Part shown: positions 37,860 to 52,619 of the stretch, piece by piece
Layout of the letters: each line of letters starts with the position of its first letter
Numbering within the stretch: position 1 is the first letter of the stretch
From: Cenococcum geophilum
Lineage: Eukaryota
NCBI GenBank assembly: GCA_050273025.1
Contig: CP158635.1
Span: forward strand, 17,050,001 to 17,114,000
Length of the DNA stretch: 64,000 bases
Reading direction: 5' to 3'
Made by a program: the position numbers and the translations under genes
The notes under the pieces: generated by a model
Database searches by the model: none
Told to the model about the DNA's origin: nothing
Seen by the model: the letters and a program-made list of their open reading frames with translations, nothing else

Positions 37860-40800
37860 AACGATAACGGGCTATACCTCCTTACCCTTTAAAACGACGC
37901 CCCTACCGTAAGAGGCTTAGAGAGTTTCCCTAGAGGAGCACATTCCCTCTTCCTATAAAGAAGCTACGGCTAGCCCGTCTAACCTTATAAAACCCTTAAA
38001 AATAATTACCGCTAGGGAGTTATTAAAGCGGTTGCTATATAAGACCCTATAAAAAATAAAAGAGTTAGAGATATAATTAAGATAAGTATATTAAGACTAC
38101 TAAGAATAATTATAAGGACAATTAGGGGAAGTATAGATACCCTAGATATAAAGCGGACTTAAAGGGGCAACGCTATACTACGCTATAACGTTAGAAAACC
38201 CTAAATTCCGCATAAAAGAACCTAATAAGTACTATAGTAATAGTCTCCGGAACTATAATTGTTTTATCTATTAATATAAAACTAAGTTTTAGCTAAATCT
38301 AAAATATTACTTTAACGAGTATAATTAGACACTAATTGCTTCTACCTTCCTACGTAGCACCGTTAAGAGTTTATAAACACGCTATGAGAAAAAACTTATT
38401 ATACCCCTTAAATTTAGTAAACTTAAGTCCTAGTTAGTTAATTAGGTCTAAAACCCTACTAATTAAGGGATAGATTATAACTAGTAATACTATAACGCTA
38501 AATAGTAAGAAGGTTAGAGTATAGTCTAGTTTATAAACTACTTAGAAGAACTAGAAGATAATATACCCTACTTAAACCTATAGGATAACATTATATAACT
38601 TTACCAGCTACTTGCTAAGCTATAACCTAAGATTTAACAGGCTATATAGGAGAAGGGCGAAATTCCTACCTCTTAAGAAAAACTTATCTCTAAAGCTACT
38701 TAGATTAAAAATACTAAAAGAGATTATTTAGGTAAGTAAAAGGAATAAGACACTAATAATAAAGAGCGTAGGACTAGACCTAGCTTTAATAATAGGGGCA
38801 GATTTCGACCTAACTACTCTATAAAAGAATAACGCAAGTAGGCTTTAAAGCCCTAGAGTAACGCTGGCTAGCCTTAAAATAATAATAGGCAAAAACCTAA
38901 TCTAAATAAGTAGAACTAAGAGTTACGCGTTTATTATAACTGTGGTAAAAAGGGCTATATAAAGCGCTTCTGCTAGTAGAAGAAATAAGAGTTGGATTAA
39001 TTAGGAAAAGAGAGAGCCTAGTAGATCTTTATTCCCTTATACTAGGCTAGTAAAAAAAGAAGGGAGTAAGCTGCTATATAGTTATTCCTGTCTCTATTTA
39101 AGTTAATAATAAATAGGTAATATAAGGCTGCCTTATAGATAGCGGCGCGACTATAGGGTTTATTTCTTAATTACTAGTAAAAGAATTAGATTTGGACCTT
39201 AGCGGCTTATAGGTACGCACTATTTAAAGTATTAGAGGTTACTAGATGAGCTATATATATACCTTAAAACGAATATATCTAGCTTTACCCTAGGGGCAAT
39301 TATATCTTAATTAAAAGACGGAAAATAGCATCCTATGGCGTTTTAGTTAAGGAAAATAACCCCTATAGAATAGCGTTATATAACGCACGACTAGGAGCTA
39401 CTTATAATAGTCGCAGTAATAAAGTACTAGCGGCATTATTGTATAGGAAGTAATTACCCTATTAAAGTCCTTATAGACTACAATAACCTAAAATACTTTA
39501 TAACTATAAAGGTATTAAGCGGTTAATAAGCTAAATAGGCAGAGGCACTATTATAGTATAATTTTAAAATTATATACCGCCTAGGAAAGATAAATCTCGC
39601 TAATAGGTTATTAAGACGTCTAAATTATAAGATAGGAAGGATCTAGGACAGTATAGAGGAAATAATCCCTATATTGTAAAATTTGCTTAAAAAAAGAAGA
39701 CTTCTTCCTTAAAACTATAGAATTTCGTAATAGGGTAGAGGTCCTAGCAAGATAGCTATAAAGCGCTATAATTATAGAGCTATAGGATATAGTTATAGAC
39801 TAGGTTATAGGCTAGGCAGATATTATAAAGTTAGTATACCCTAGAATTAGTAAGAATTCTATAGGATATACTAGGGGTATCGCGGCACCTTTAACTTAAC
39901 GGCGCATTGGCTATAAGTATTTAGATCTAAGGGGGATAGGCGAGATACCTATCCGCAGTATAGCATACTATATAACGGTAGGAGAATCTACTAGCACTAA
40001 TAGTTTAAAACATCTTATACTATGCCTTATATTTATAATAACGGTAGGTAAAATAGAAGTAAGTAATCTACACAAAACTTTTTTTAAATCTTCTTCTTTA
40101 AGTATAATAGAGGGACGCCTTTATTTTTAAGGAGAGATAGAAAGATATAGTAGAGACTAACTTAGCCGGAGTTACTAAGAAGCTATAGTAGTAAGACTAA
40201 AAGGGTTTATTACATTTTAAGGGTGCTATATATATCCTAAAGAACTAAGCAGTTTAAGATAAAATTCTAAAGGTCTTCTATAATAACCCTTTTAGGGGTT
40301 ACTACGGTGCTAATAGAACCCTTAAAGCCGTTTAAAGGAAATACTTTTAGGATAGAATATCCGAAGAGGTTAAGGACTATATATTAAGATATAATATATG
40401 CTAAAGGGTACAGATATCTAGACATTACCTATATAGTAAGTTATTAGTGCTTCCTATTCTATAGGGACCCATATTAAAATTAACAATAGATTTTATAATA
40501 AGCTTACCCCCTACTAGAATAAGAACGGAAAAGGTTGCTAATGCTATTCTAGTAATTATTAATAGATATACAAAGTTTTTAGGGTACTTTGCTGTTATAA
40601 TAACGATTATAGTAGTAAAACTAGCAAACATATTTTTAGAACAGTAGCTCTTATTTAGTACGCTAAGGGGAATTGTGTCTAATAGAGGTACTGTATTTAA
40701 TAGCGCATTCTAGTCTTTATTTTATCTCTTATTAAAAATATAGTAAAGGATAAGTACCGCCTTTTACCTGTAAATAAATAGGCTAACGGAGCGTCTAAAT

Positions 40801-41580
40801 GCGTTATTAGAACACTACCTCCGCTACTATATTAATTATTAATAGAATAATTAGATATTATAGTTAGCTTTAGCGCAATACGTATATAATATAAGCATCT
40901 ATAGTAGTATAAAAATAACCCCTTATAAAGCATTGTTTGGGGTAAAAGTAAATAACCCCTAGAATGTTAAGGATATCGTTCTTAAAAGGGAGGCACTAGT
41001 AGCGTTTAAAAGAATTTGTAAAGAAAAACTTAAAAAGTACTTACTAGACGCCCAGGCTGTATAAAAAATGTACTATAATAAAAAAATATATACCAAAAGA
41101 ATTTAAGATAGAAGACGAAGTCTTACTATTTATAAAAAAAATCTAAATAAAACGTATTAAGAAGAAGCTGGATTACTAGTAGCTTAGACCCTTTAAAATA
41201 GTTAGGAAAACTAAAGGAAATTAAGCCTATAAATTAGAATTGCCGAAATTATATCTAATATATCCTATATTTTATATTTTCTTACTAAAGCTATATTAGA
41301 GAAGAGATAGTGCGGAACTACTACCCCTTAATAAAAATAATAGGGAACTAGAATAGAATATAGAAGATATTTTAAACTAAAGATAGTGCTAGAAAAAGCG
41401 TAAATTCTTAATCTGTTGGGAAGGATACTCCTAGGCGCATAACAGTTAAGAACCTAAGGAGCACCTTTAGCCAAGATATAATACGGCAATTAAAACCTTC
41501 CTAAGGACTAAAGGTAAAAATTTAATAACAGTTCTGGATATACCACAAATAAGACAATAGGAAAGACCCTATAAATTAAA
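37860..41580 (+). pseudogene. Gypsy E gag-PR-RH-IN-chromodomain, RT apparently deleted, RIP-inactivated
   Basis: CCHC knuckle (C)YNCGKKG(H)IKRFC (~38935), IDSGAT (~39135), RNase H HP.AF.SRK...Y.THD.ELL (~39330), integrase (~40280-40950), chromodomain FLI.WEGYS...N..EP (~41400). Confidence 0.85.
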
Positions 41581-41671
41581 ACTATAAGGTTAAGCACAGG
41601 CATTAAGAATGGAAATATTTTGCTATTATAATAGGGATCCTAAAATCCTATAAGGGGAAGCCTATAGAATC

Positions 41672-44600
41672 TGTCACAGTGCTGTAATAAAGTAGACTGA
41701 ATAACTACGTTATAGTATAAAGAGGGGAAGAAGGTGGAAAGGGGGTATTATATATAAATAGTAGGGCCGGCCGCTAAGTCGCTAATAGTAGGCTAGCTAA
41801 TAGTAGGAAATAGTATAAGACAGTATAAAACAGTATACGTTAGGTTAGTGCCGTAACAGTACTCCTCTCCCTTAGATAGTTTAGTCCCTAAACTAAATAA
41901 ATAACTTAAAAATAGGCAGTATATAGGGTTGCCTATTTTTTACCACGAAGATATTAGTTCCGCTTACCGCCCTTAACTAAGCTAATAGCGATTTTCTATA
42001 CTGGGCATAGAAAATCCTAATTAGTTAGTTTAGTAAGTAAGGTTGGCAGAACTTTATACCGCTACCTAAATCGGTCCGTGTGGCGTTTCTTGGCAAGAAT
42101 TTAGCTAATTAAATAACTTTAACCGCCGGTTAAAGTTCTATAATATCTTAACCACCATAAATTTTAATACGGTGGTCGGCCGTAACCTTAGCGTAACTTT
42201 TCCTTATCTTATACCTAGTCTAGGGGTCCTAGCTTCTTAGGGTGTTACTTATAAAAACGCTATATAGCTTATTTATAACCCTTTAGGTCTTCCTCTAGCT
42301 GCTAGGTTATATCCTTATAATATTTCCATTTAATCTTATAAGTTAGGCCCTAGGGGTCTTCGTTATATACATTAAGGATTTTCTTAAACTCCTATTTATC
42401 TTCTATGTTGCCGTTGTTATCTCTCTCTACCACTCGTCCTTATACATTACGGCGCTCTATAATATTAATATTTGCTTAGCTAGGGATCTCTTTAGTAGCC
42501 TAGAGGCGGACCTTAGATATATAAAAGGATTTGTTTACTTAGATGTGGTCTAGGAGGTCTACTATAACTGCCCCTTAGTATACTGCGAGTACGGGGTATA
42601 GGCCGTCCCATTTATTGTCCTATTTCTTCTTAGGTTTATTTATCTTTATATTTTCTAAGCTAACTATAACTATATCGCCTTTATAGAATAACGCGCTCTT
42701 ATCCCTATAGGTATTAGCATTATCTTTATAGCGTTGCTATAAAATCCAGGCTAGGGCCTTAAGCTATGTTAATATTTGCTTAAAGCGGTTGGCCACAGAG
42801 TCTACGTAAAAGAACTCCTTCTTTGCTTATGCTAATAGTGTTAGTAGGTAGGGGCTAGTAGGCTTAATTCCGAGGTAAGGGTTAAAGCTATAGTTTATAA
42901 AAAATGGGGAGATGCCTATACTCTTATTGACTTGGTTATTTATAGCAAACTTAGTAAGCGGTAGGTAGTTAACCTAGTTATCCTATATAAAGCTAATAAA
43001 AGCATAGAGGTATTTATTTACGGCAGCGTTAATAATTTTAGTTTGGCCGTCCGTTTCTAGGTGCTAGGCTAAGCTTAGTTATAAGATTGTCTTAAGGCGT
43101 TTACTTAGTTATTACTAGAAGTCGCTAATAAATTATATACCGCGATTAGAAATAATCGTATTTAGTACACTATAGAGCTTATATATGTTATTAATAAAGC
43201 TATTAACTAGCTCCTCTATTAAGAGTCCTATTACTAAAATGAGGTATTATATTTTAGTTAGGCGGTCTATAATAATAAGGATATATTTATATACCTTACC
43301 GTGGCGTTAATATACCGGCAGTGTTATAATATAGTTAATTAAGATATTGGTCTATGGGCGAGTAGGTAATTCTAGTGGCTTTAGGAAACCGGGCGGGGCA
43401 GAATAAGGGGTCTTAGTGCAAAAGTATAGGGCACAGTTTTTAATAAAGGTAGCTATAAACTAGGAGATTCCTAGCTACCAGTATATTTAGTTTAAGAGGT
43501 TAAGAGTCTTAACCTAGCTAGAGTAACTAGTGGGGCTACTACTATAAGAGTAATAGGTAACTTCTAGGCAGAGGTCTAGGGCGTTAGGGACGAAGAGATG
43601 TTAGCGGAAGTAGATCTATCTATTAATGATACTACATTCTAACTTATTACAACGGAGTAATTTTCTAATCTTCTTTAGCTAATAGCGAGCTTTCCGATTA
43701 TATAGGGCTGCTACTATATCTTTTACAAGTTTGTTCTCCTAGTATCCTAGCTAAATTAACTTATTTAGTAACTTTTTAGCTATTTTAGGGTCTAGAGCGG
43801 CTACGAACTCTATATTGTTAGAGTTATAGGACTTATATAGTAATTCTTCTAAAATTATAGGGTTAACTTTCTAGGGCGGTATAACGACTTAGGCTTGGTG
43901 GCGGAGGCGTTTGTTATTAGCGTCCTTAGGCCTTATTCCTAGTAGCCGGCTTAGGGCGTTAGGGAGTATAGCTTTACTGCTGGGTCTGTATATAATTACA
44001 AAGTTAAACTATAAAAGGAACTCTGCCTACCAGACTTAGTACTAGTTTAGCTACTTAGTAGTTATAAACGTCTATAGGTTCTTATAGTCGGTAATAATTT
44101 TAAACGGCTCCTTAGTCCCTTATAGCTTAGGACGCTATTTCTCTAAAGCCTTAATAATAGCTAAGAGTTCTTTATTATAGATCTTGTAGTTACACTCTAG
44201 TATAGAGTGCTTTATAGAGAAGAATGCGACCGGTCTTAATTTTCCGTTATTATTATACTAGGAAAGGACTCTACTAGAAGCCTAATTTAATACATCTATC
44301 TCTACTATTGTTTTCTTCGTATAGTTATAGTATACTAGTACTGGTGCTGAAGTAAAGGCTCCCTTAAGGGCCTTAAATGATTTAGCTTGTTTTAGTCCCC
44401 ATAGCTATCTAATATCCTTCTTTAGGAGTTTTATTATAGGTATAGCAATAGCAGAGTAGCCTTAGATAAATCGTTAGTAGAAGTTCGCGAAGCTAAAAAA
44501 TTGTTATAGTTCTTTAATTAATGTTAGGTCCTTTTATTCCTATAAGGCCTATACCTTTTTAGGGTCCATAGTTATACTATTAGTTAAGATAATTAAGCTA

Positions 44601-47600
44601 AGGTATTTTGTCTTAGTAGAGTAGAACTTAGACTTATTAATATTAATCTAAAGTCTAGTATTGCCAAGTCTTTAGATAATTTTATTTACATACTTAGTAT
44701 ACTCGGCGCGTACTTTAGAAAAGATAAGGACGTCGTTAAGGTAGGCAGTATAGTAGTTGTTAAGGGCGTTATATAAAATATAGTTAATATAGTTTTAGAA
44801 CGTAGCGGGTGCGTTATAGAGGCTAAATAGTGTAACTAGTATCTTATAAAGTCTAAACCGGGTAATAAATACTATAAGCCACTTATGGCCCTCTATAATC
44901 CGGATCTAGTTAAACGCAGCAATTATATTAAGTTTAGTAAAGTACTTAGCACTATAAAGTGCGTTAAGTGTCTCGCGGATTAGTAGTAGTAGGTATTAAT
45001 TCTTAATAGTAACTGTGTTTAGGCCTTAGTAGTTATAGTAGATTTATATACTGCTGCTAGGCTTAGTAGCGAGGAGGAGTAATACGGTAGCTAGTAAGGT
45101 TAATTTGCGGATAAAACCCTTATCTAGCATCTTATTAATCCACTTCTTTACATACCTAAGTTTAGCAGGTAAGAGTGGTTTATTTTTATAGTATGGGGCC
45201 TAGTTTCTAGGGGTGATCTTAATTTTATAGTCCTATGGTTGGTAAGGGGGCAGCTTATCTATATTTTTAGGGAGGAAGTGCTTAATATATTTACTAAACT
45301 CCTTTAGTAGGCGTTATAGAATATCTTCGCGGGTTAATCCTGGTTTGCTTTTTAGGAATTTTTTAATATTAGTGTTGACTATCTTCCGACGTAAAAGCTT
45401 GGGTTTAGTTTTTAGATTTATTTTAAGGAAGTTATAGAAATAGGGGGGGAGCACTTTATGGGCTTCCTTTATTATATAGTCGCCTTCTACTAGCCGGCGG
45501 AAAGACCTTTCTAATAGGTTTGGTACTTCTATTAGGCCTATAGGCAGCTCTTTAAGCAGCTATTAGTGCTTATCTTATTTAACTAGTTTTACTAGCCCCG
45601 CTATATAGATCCTTATTACCTTTACGTCTTTTTGTTTATAGAACTAGGTAAAATTAACAGCATAAGTATATTTAATATCGTCTAGGTTAGGGCGTATCTA
45701 GTTCTCTAGTGCTACAGCTAGGCTAGTACGGCTTAGTTAGCCTAGGGGGGCGGAAATAAGGCGGCGGCTTTATACGGTATATGTAGGAGATAGGTATAAG
45801 GTTAGGCGTTATAGTGGCGCGGTTTCTATTATCCGGGTCTTAGTAGTTCTATAGCTAGTCCTTACTATAACGCGAGCTATAGTATGTATATATAGTATAT
45901 GGCTTAGTTTTAGGTGTTGGGCTAAGCAGCTAGGGTTTAAATGGTGCCTGGGTTGGGGTTAAATTCTTAATAGTGGCGGCGTAAAGCGGACCTTCTTCCT
46001 TAGTCTTGGCAGGGCTAGCTAGCCCATTATTTTGGTCTTAAGTGCTAAAGTAGTCTAGTCTTCCACTGTTTCGTTTCTTTGCAGCTATATAGGCTCCCCT
46101 TTATTAGGAATGTCTTCTACTATTAGGGCTTTGTATATAGTCCTAGGCACTAGGCTTAGTAGTGCTAAGTATCTATATAGGGCGTCCCTACTAACGTTGG
46201 TTATCCCCTATAAAAGGCAGTGCCTAAAGCAGTAGTCTAAGTTAAAGTGGATCTTAAGTTTCCTAAAGCTAGGACAGGGCTCGTACTTCTAAAGCTAGGG
46301 TATACTTAAAATAATTAGGGTAGCGGGCGAGAGTTTAGTAATAAAAAAGAGCATGGCTTTAGTATAGAGGCTAATTAACATTTAGGTGGTAAAGTAGTCC
46401 GTAATAAGCGAAGTTAGGATACTATTTATGAGGCGTAGTGGCCTAGGTGCTAGCAGCTTCTTAATTATAATATTATACTTTCTTATAATAGACTCTGCGT
46501 TAATAAATGCTATTATAGTATTACCGGAGTCCACTAGGCTTACTGTATTAATATAAACTTAGGGGTATAGGTTATGTAATAAGGAGAGTTAGGTTTAAAT
46601 AAGGATTAATTTTTTATTACTATTTGCTAATTTAAGATTAAGTAGCAGTTTACTAATAGAAAGGACTAATTAATCTAGTAATAGGGACCTAATCTTCTCG
46701 TCTTCCTCCTTATATAGTTTAGATCCTTAAACGCAACTTAGTCTAAGGGTTTATCTTTTAACGACTAGGGTACAGGGCTATCTTAGCGGGGCGGTCCAGT
46801 GTCCGTCTAGCTGGCGGTATCGGTCTCGGTTTTAGTTAGGGTATAGGAAAATAATACCTCGCCAACGATATAGCCGTGTTCGTATTCGCTAGCGCAAAGT
46901 CGCTAATGCTAGGCGTTATTAATAGGTTGGGCTCCTATATAGGGCATAGTTTAGAATAACTAAGCCGTAGGGTTAAAGGGGGGGAGTTGTCCGCCGCGGC
47001 TATAATAGGCTCCACGGTCGCCGCGTCTATAATGGACTCTACGGTCGCCGTATCTGCGGTTATTAGTTCGTATCGTTTAACGGGGTGGTATTAGGACTAG
47101 GTTTACTATCTTAGCGGGGTTATAGGCATCCTTTTAGTGGCCGGGCAGGCTATAGGTAAGGCATAGTCTATTATTAATACGGCGCTTACGCTCCGTGTTT
47201 AAGATTCCATTAAGGTCTATAGGTTCTCTAGTTACTACTAGGGTTAGGGTTAATATAGGGGTAAGGGCTTGGGTAGGTAGGCGGTGGTTGGCGTTCTTCT
47301 TAAGGTTGGCTCGGTGTATATAGTTCGCGAGGTTCTTAGCGAATATATCTATCTACTTACTCCAACCTATATAGTCACTATTATTAATTTCGTAAGCAAG
47401 TCTAAGTACTAGCTCTTCTATCTTTAGAAAGATAAACTTTTAGAGTAGGTCCACCTTCTATTTATCTATCTTCTTGGCGCGGACTATTAGCTTATTAAGC
47501 TCTTTCTTCTAGGACTAATAATTACGCTCGCCCTAGGGGAAATAGTTAAGCTTATTCTTTGCGACTAGGTTATATTAAGGACCTTATAGTAGGCAGTAAG

Positions 47601-48585
47601 GTCTTTAAGTATATCTTCCTTAGTAGGCCATTTCTATGCAGATATATTATTTAGGTTCTCGTGCATAAGCTCTAGGCCCTACTTAATAAACTTATAGGCC
47701 TTGTTCTCTAGTATATCCGAGATATAAAGGATCTGGGACTAAACTATATTAAAGTAGTCCTAGTCCCAGTTAAAGACTCCCTTAATCTTAATATACTAGG
47801 TCTTAAAATTAGCTTATTATTCTAGTAGGGTACCTTTTCCGCTAAATATTAGCGGGTCTTTAGATCTCCGTTTTTTCTGCTAGGTTACTATCATTATTAT
47901 AGGGGTTAATTATTTTAGAACGGTAATAGTCTCTACTTAGGAGTTAATAGTTCCTATCTAGGAAGCAATAAGGGCACTAAGGTTTTTATTGGCTTTCTTA
48001 TTAGCGGTGTTTGTATTATATATATATTATAGTCCTACTTTAATATTGCTAAGGAACTTATTAGTATAGTTAATAAGGGTAAGGTAAGCTTTACTAGGCT
48101 TAAAGGTCTTAGGGTATAGTAGGGAGCGGCGGATTATCCACGTAATATTAGGGTATGTCTTTATAAAGAGGTCTACAAAAATATCGCGGGGGTTCTAGGT
48201 TTCGGCCATTTCGGCGTTATTAATATCGCCTATCTAGGCACTAGGTAAAAACTAAGGATCGTTTTAGGACTGTGCTAGGGATGTATCGGTTTTAGTAGGG
48301 GCGCGCGTAGGTCGCAATTACTCTAGGGTAGAGGTCAATTAGCTAGGGTACGGGGAATTAGTAATCGTAATAGGGCGCAAATTAAAGATACCATAAACTG
48401 TTACAGTGCTGTAATAAAATAGACTAAATAACTACGTTGTGGTATAAAGAGGGGAAGAAGGTAGAAAGGGGGTATTGTATATAAATAGTAGGGCCGGCCG
48501 CTAAGTCGCTAGTAGTGGGCTAGCTAATAGTAGGAAACAGTACAAGACAGTATAAAACAGTATACATTAGGTCAGTGCCGTAACA
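41672..48585 (-). mobile_element. Full-length Gypsy/chromovirus D
   Basis: 187-bp LTRs at 41672-41858 and 48399-48585. PPT at 41861-41872 (-). TSD GAATC at 41667-41671 and 48586-48590. Confidence 0.93.
42190..48209 (-). pseudogene. Gypsy D gag-pol, RIP-inactivated
   Basis: ATG at 48209, protease LVDSGN (~46530), RT AYL(D)DVLI (~44735), RNase H CNY.IY.KELLAI (~44170), integrase, chromodomain (~42300-42400). Confidence 0.88.
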
Positions 48586-49209
48586 GAATCTATAGAAGAA
48601 CCACTAGGGATACTGTCTAAAGAGGACATTATTTAAGAATAAGTAGTAGCAATATAAGAAGAGGTCTTAGGGATTTAAAAAGACCCTTAGGGATAGAAGG
48701 GGAGTATTTAGTCTAGCACTAGAGATATATAATAGAGTTAATAGTATAAAGAGGAGTAAAAAGACAGCCTATAAAGAATTAAAAATTTTAAGAAATTATA
48801 AAGTACCTATAGGAATACTACCCATTTATTATATATAGGGATTCTAGTAGTATACTACCTTTATATAAATTGCTACCAAAGCTTAAAATAAAGGCATCCC
48901 TAAAGTATAAAGTTAATTCCTAATAATAGGGCATTCTGGAGGCACCTAAAAGGCATTATATAATAATAAATTCAATTTACCGCCCGTCTTAGTCCCCCTA
49001 GTGGGTTCACGCAGGCTAATACCTTCTATAGGAAAAACTCTAACTTAGAGAAAACCCCACCTTAGGCCGCGCTAGAGAGATGGTAGTGTTCTGACATCGG
49101 AGCGCCGGCGGCTCGCCTTCTACCTGCCTTTAAGTCTGCATATTAAGCCAACTGGCCGTGCTTTACAGATAATCTCACTCTACCCCCTTCTTTCCTTATT
49201 TTTTTACCC

Positions 49210-52200
49210 TTATTCTTTTACCAGTCCTCTAGGCTTTAAAAGGGCTAGTATCTACTTATATTCTTTATATCTATTACCTTTACTACCTAAAACTAGGGTA
49301 AAATACCTAACTATACCAGCTATTTTGCTACTATTTAGGCGCTTTCTTTATTATTTAAAACACCCTAAAGGCGTTTAGAGGCGCATTTTGCTATAAAGTC
49401 CGCCCTTTAGTAGTGTGGACACTAAAATAGTATATAGTAGACTGTCTGCTTTATCTAGCTATATTTATACCGCAAGAGAACCGCCGGTACACCGACGGAT
49501 ATAAGCTATATATTAAGCCCTATTACCTCTATATAAAGGAGAAATAGTGCTATAGCCTCTGCTTTTGTTAGGCCTTTATATAATAGGATTATAGGTTTCC
49601 CCTATAGGGTTTTCTACATAATTTCTGTGCGGTCTTTAGCCTTTGCCTACCACTATTATCGCCATTCTAAATCTGCCCATTTCGCGATAAAGGTAGTTGC
49701 CTGCCTTTAGTGCTAGTAACCTTCTATATAATAGCGGCGCTCCGCCTATACTCTACTGGTGTTCCACTAGCTACGCTTATAGGGGTTTATTATAGCTTCC
49801 CGCTCTATATAGTCCTTCTAGTACGTAAGAAAGCCTTATATCTTATTTTTATAGTCCTTTATACGTTCCCTAAGCGCTTCTAATAATACTAGTAGCCGTT
49901 TTATTTTTTACTGGCGCTTTACTAATATATTCTAGATACCGTTAAGTACCTCTACTAATTCCTTTTCTACTTTATTAGAGGCCATCTTAGCGGCTCTTTA
50001 AAGGGCTATTATTTTAATATAGAGTTAGATTAGGGGAATAGCCGCTTCCTTCTCTATTGCAGCTATTAGTGTTTACTAGTATGCCCCTATAACCCTGCGG
50101 AGACACTAGTTTTGGACTTTCTATAGTAGTTTAAGCAAGCTTTTTACTAGCGTTCCGCCGTCATTCTGTACTCCCTATACTTAGGCGCTATATAGCATCG
50201 CTGGTTGGACGGTAGCTATATATAGGAGGCGTAAGCGGCGCATTAATAGGCCCTATATAGACGCGGTGATCCTTAATATCGCTTTAAAGGCTACTAAGCC
50301 CTTACTTATGGCCTTTTTAACCTATTCTTTTTATTGGAGCTTAGGGTCTACCTAAATCCCTAGGACTTATATGCTGGTTTTTTAGGGGGCTGTCTTGTAG
50401 CTAGTAATACACACAGTAGACGTAAGGTTTGTGGTGGCGTAGCGCTATCGCCTTATAAAGTGTATAAGCTAGTACTTCTTAGGGGCGAACGCCGCCCTAT
50501 ATCGATTTGCTTATACAGCGTAGTAGTTATAGGTGGCCTTTAATCGTCGACAGTTCTCTACCGCGGAGTCTCCCTAGGTAATAAGGTTTGTATCGTCTAT
50601 AAAGCTAAACCCTAGCGTGCTACTATTAGGGCGCTAGAATTCCTCTAATAGCTCTAATATAAAAAAGAGGAATAAGATTAGTAATAAGGGTAACCCTTAG
50701 GGGATGCCTATCTATATCTAAATCTAGTTGCTCTTATATTCTATAAACTTAATATAGGTTTTATGTACTATTAGGAAGCTTTATACGAAGTTTATAAGCC
50801 ACTTTAAAAAGCCTTTTCTTTTTAAAATATAGAGGAGCCTTTTATAGGAGATGTTATTAAATACCCCTGCTAAGTCTAGGCTTAGCATTAATACTATACA
50901 CCTATGGCGCGTTCGCTACGCCGTTTATACGTAAAAGCTAAGCAGTCCTATTACTAATAGTGTAAATTATTTACGCTTTACTCTCATCTAGTTCTAAAGG
51001 AGTAGCCTATACTCCTCCGCAGCCTTAGATATAATGTTAGCTATATACTTTTTTAGGACTTTTACTAGCGTGTTTTTAAGGGTAATTAGTCTATAGCTGC
51101 CTAGGAGAGAGTAATCTTTCTTTCCTTTTTTATATAATACTATAGTTATAGATTCTTTAAGGCTTTCTAGTATTATTCCGCTGGCGAAGTAATAACTAGC
51201 TACTTCTGCTAAATCTTTTATAATAACTAGGGTAACCACTTTAAGGACCTTGTTTAGTATACTATCTAGCCCTAAGGCTTTTTTATTTAGAAGACTTCTA
51301 ATAAGCTTACCGATTTCTTCTGTTAAGATAGTAGGGCTAATATTAAGCACATTTTGTTCCCTTATTGTCTCCATATTACTAAGGTCTGCTATTCTAGTTT
51401 TAGAAAAGAACTTAGCTATAAGGATATTAGCCTTTATAATATTATTATCTATTAAGGGATCCTTAGTAGACCTCCTAAGGTCTAGTAAATAGGGGTCCGC
51501 CTTTACTACGCTTGCTTTTCTACTCTATTTTAATAAAGTCTAAAGTCCCTTATTATATGGTTTTAACTAGTCTTTAATAAGTTTATAAATAAAGTGTCTC
51601 TAGTTATTATAACTAACTCTCCTAGTCTCTTTTTGCAGTTAATTATTTAATACTAAATATCTTTAGTGGTCCTTAGGGTTGTTATAAGCTTAGAGCTATT
51701 ATCGCACCTATTAGGCGCCGGCGTGGAGCTATATAGCCTATAGCGACCATTCTTAATAGGCCTGCTGGCTAGGTTGTGCTTATAGGCAGTGTTCTTTAAG
51801 TACTTACTTAATCCCTTCCTAAAGGGCTTAAAAGGGGTCTTTAAATATAGTCCAGTTAAGCTCCTATATGCTTTAGAGAAAGCCCTATAAGTTTAGCTTT
51901 TTAAGGGCAAGGCGCTGGCGTTCCGCTAGCGGATAGCCGGCGTTATTAATTTGGATATAAATCGGTATATGGTCTTTTATAAGGGCCTATTCCTTAACTA
52001 TACTATAAAAGTTAACTTTTCTATATAGATCTGGTGATATAAACGTAAGGTCTATTACACTCTCCTATTGCCCTCTTTTCTATATAGGCTCTCCTTTTAG
52101 TATAGTGAGTACTAGGCTTTTAGCATTGGTTTTGGCTAGAAGACGTTTCGCCTGCTCTTTACTAGCTATATGCTTTTCACCCTATATTAGGTAGTAGGCG

Positions 52201-52616
52201 TTAAAGTTACCTAAGAGTATAATTTCTCCCTTGGCTTCCTTAATAGCTATTTTAATCTTAGGCCATGCCCTAATCTAAGGGCCATCTTCGCGCGGGTTAT
52301 AAATATTAATAATTGTAGCCTCTAGCCCCTTTAGGCGTACCTAGAGGGCTATAGTAAAGGGGCTATACTGTCTGCGCTTCTAATGCGCGGTGTTAATATT
52401 TTAGCTAATTATAAAGCAGACCTTTATTATAGGGAGAGCGTTATATATAAGTGTAAATCCCCTAGGGCAGTATATTAATTTAGTATATCTATTATATACC
52501 AGCTTCTAAATTGTAAGGACCTAGTAGTCCGCCGGCGTAACGCTATTAAAGAAGGGGCGATATACCCCTTAGTTTGCATTTCCGTAGTTATACTAGATAA
52601 TTATATACTTACTTAT
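49210..52616 (-). pseudogene. LINE ORF2: APE endonuclease, reverse transcriptase and C-terminal Cys/His motif
   Basis: IIQYN..N start (~52600), LLG(D)FNA (~52210), KALGLDSI...YRLITL.NTL.KVL (ORF 50994-51374), GIP(Q)G.PL, FIDDTNL (~50595). Confidence 0.9.
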
Positions 52617-52619
52617 TTA

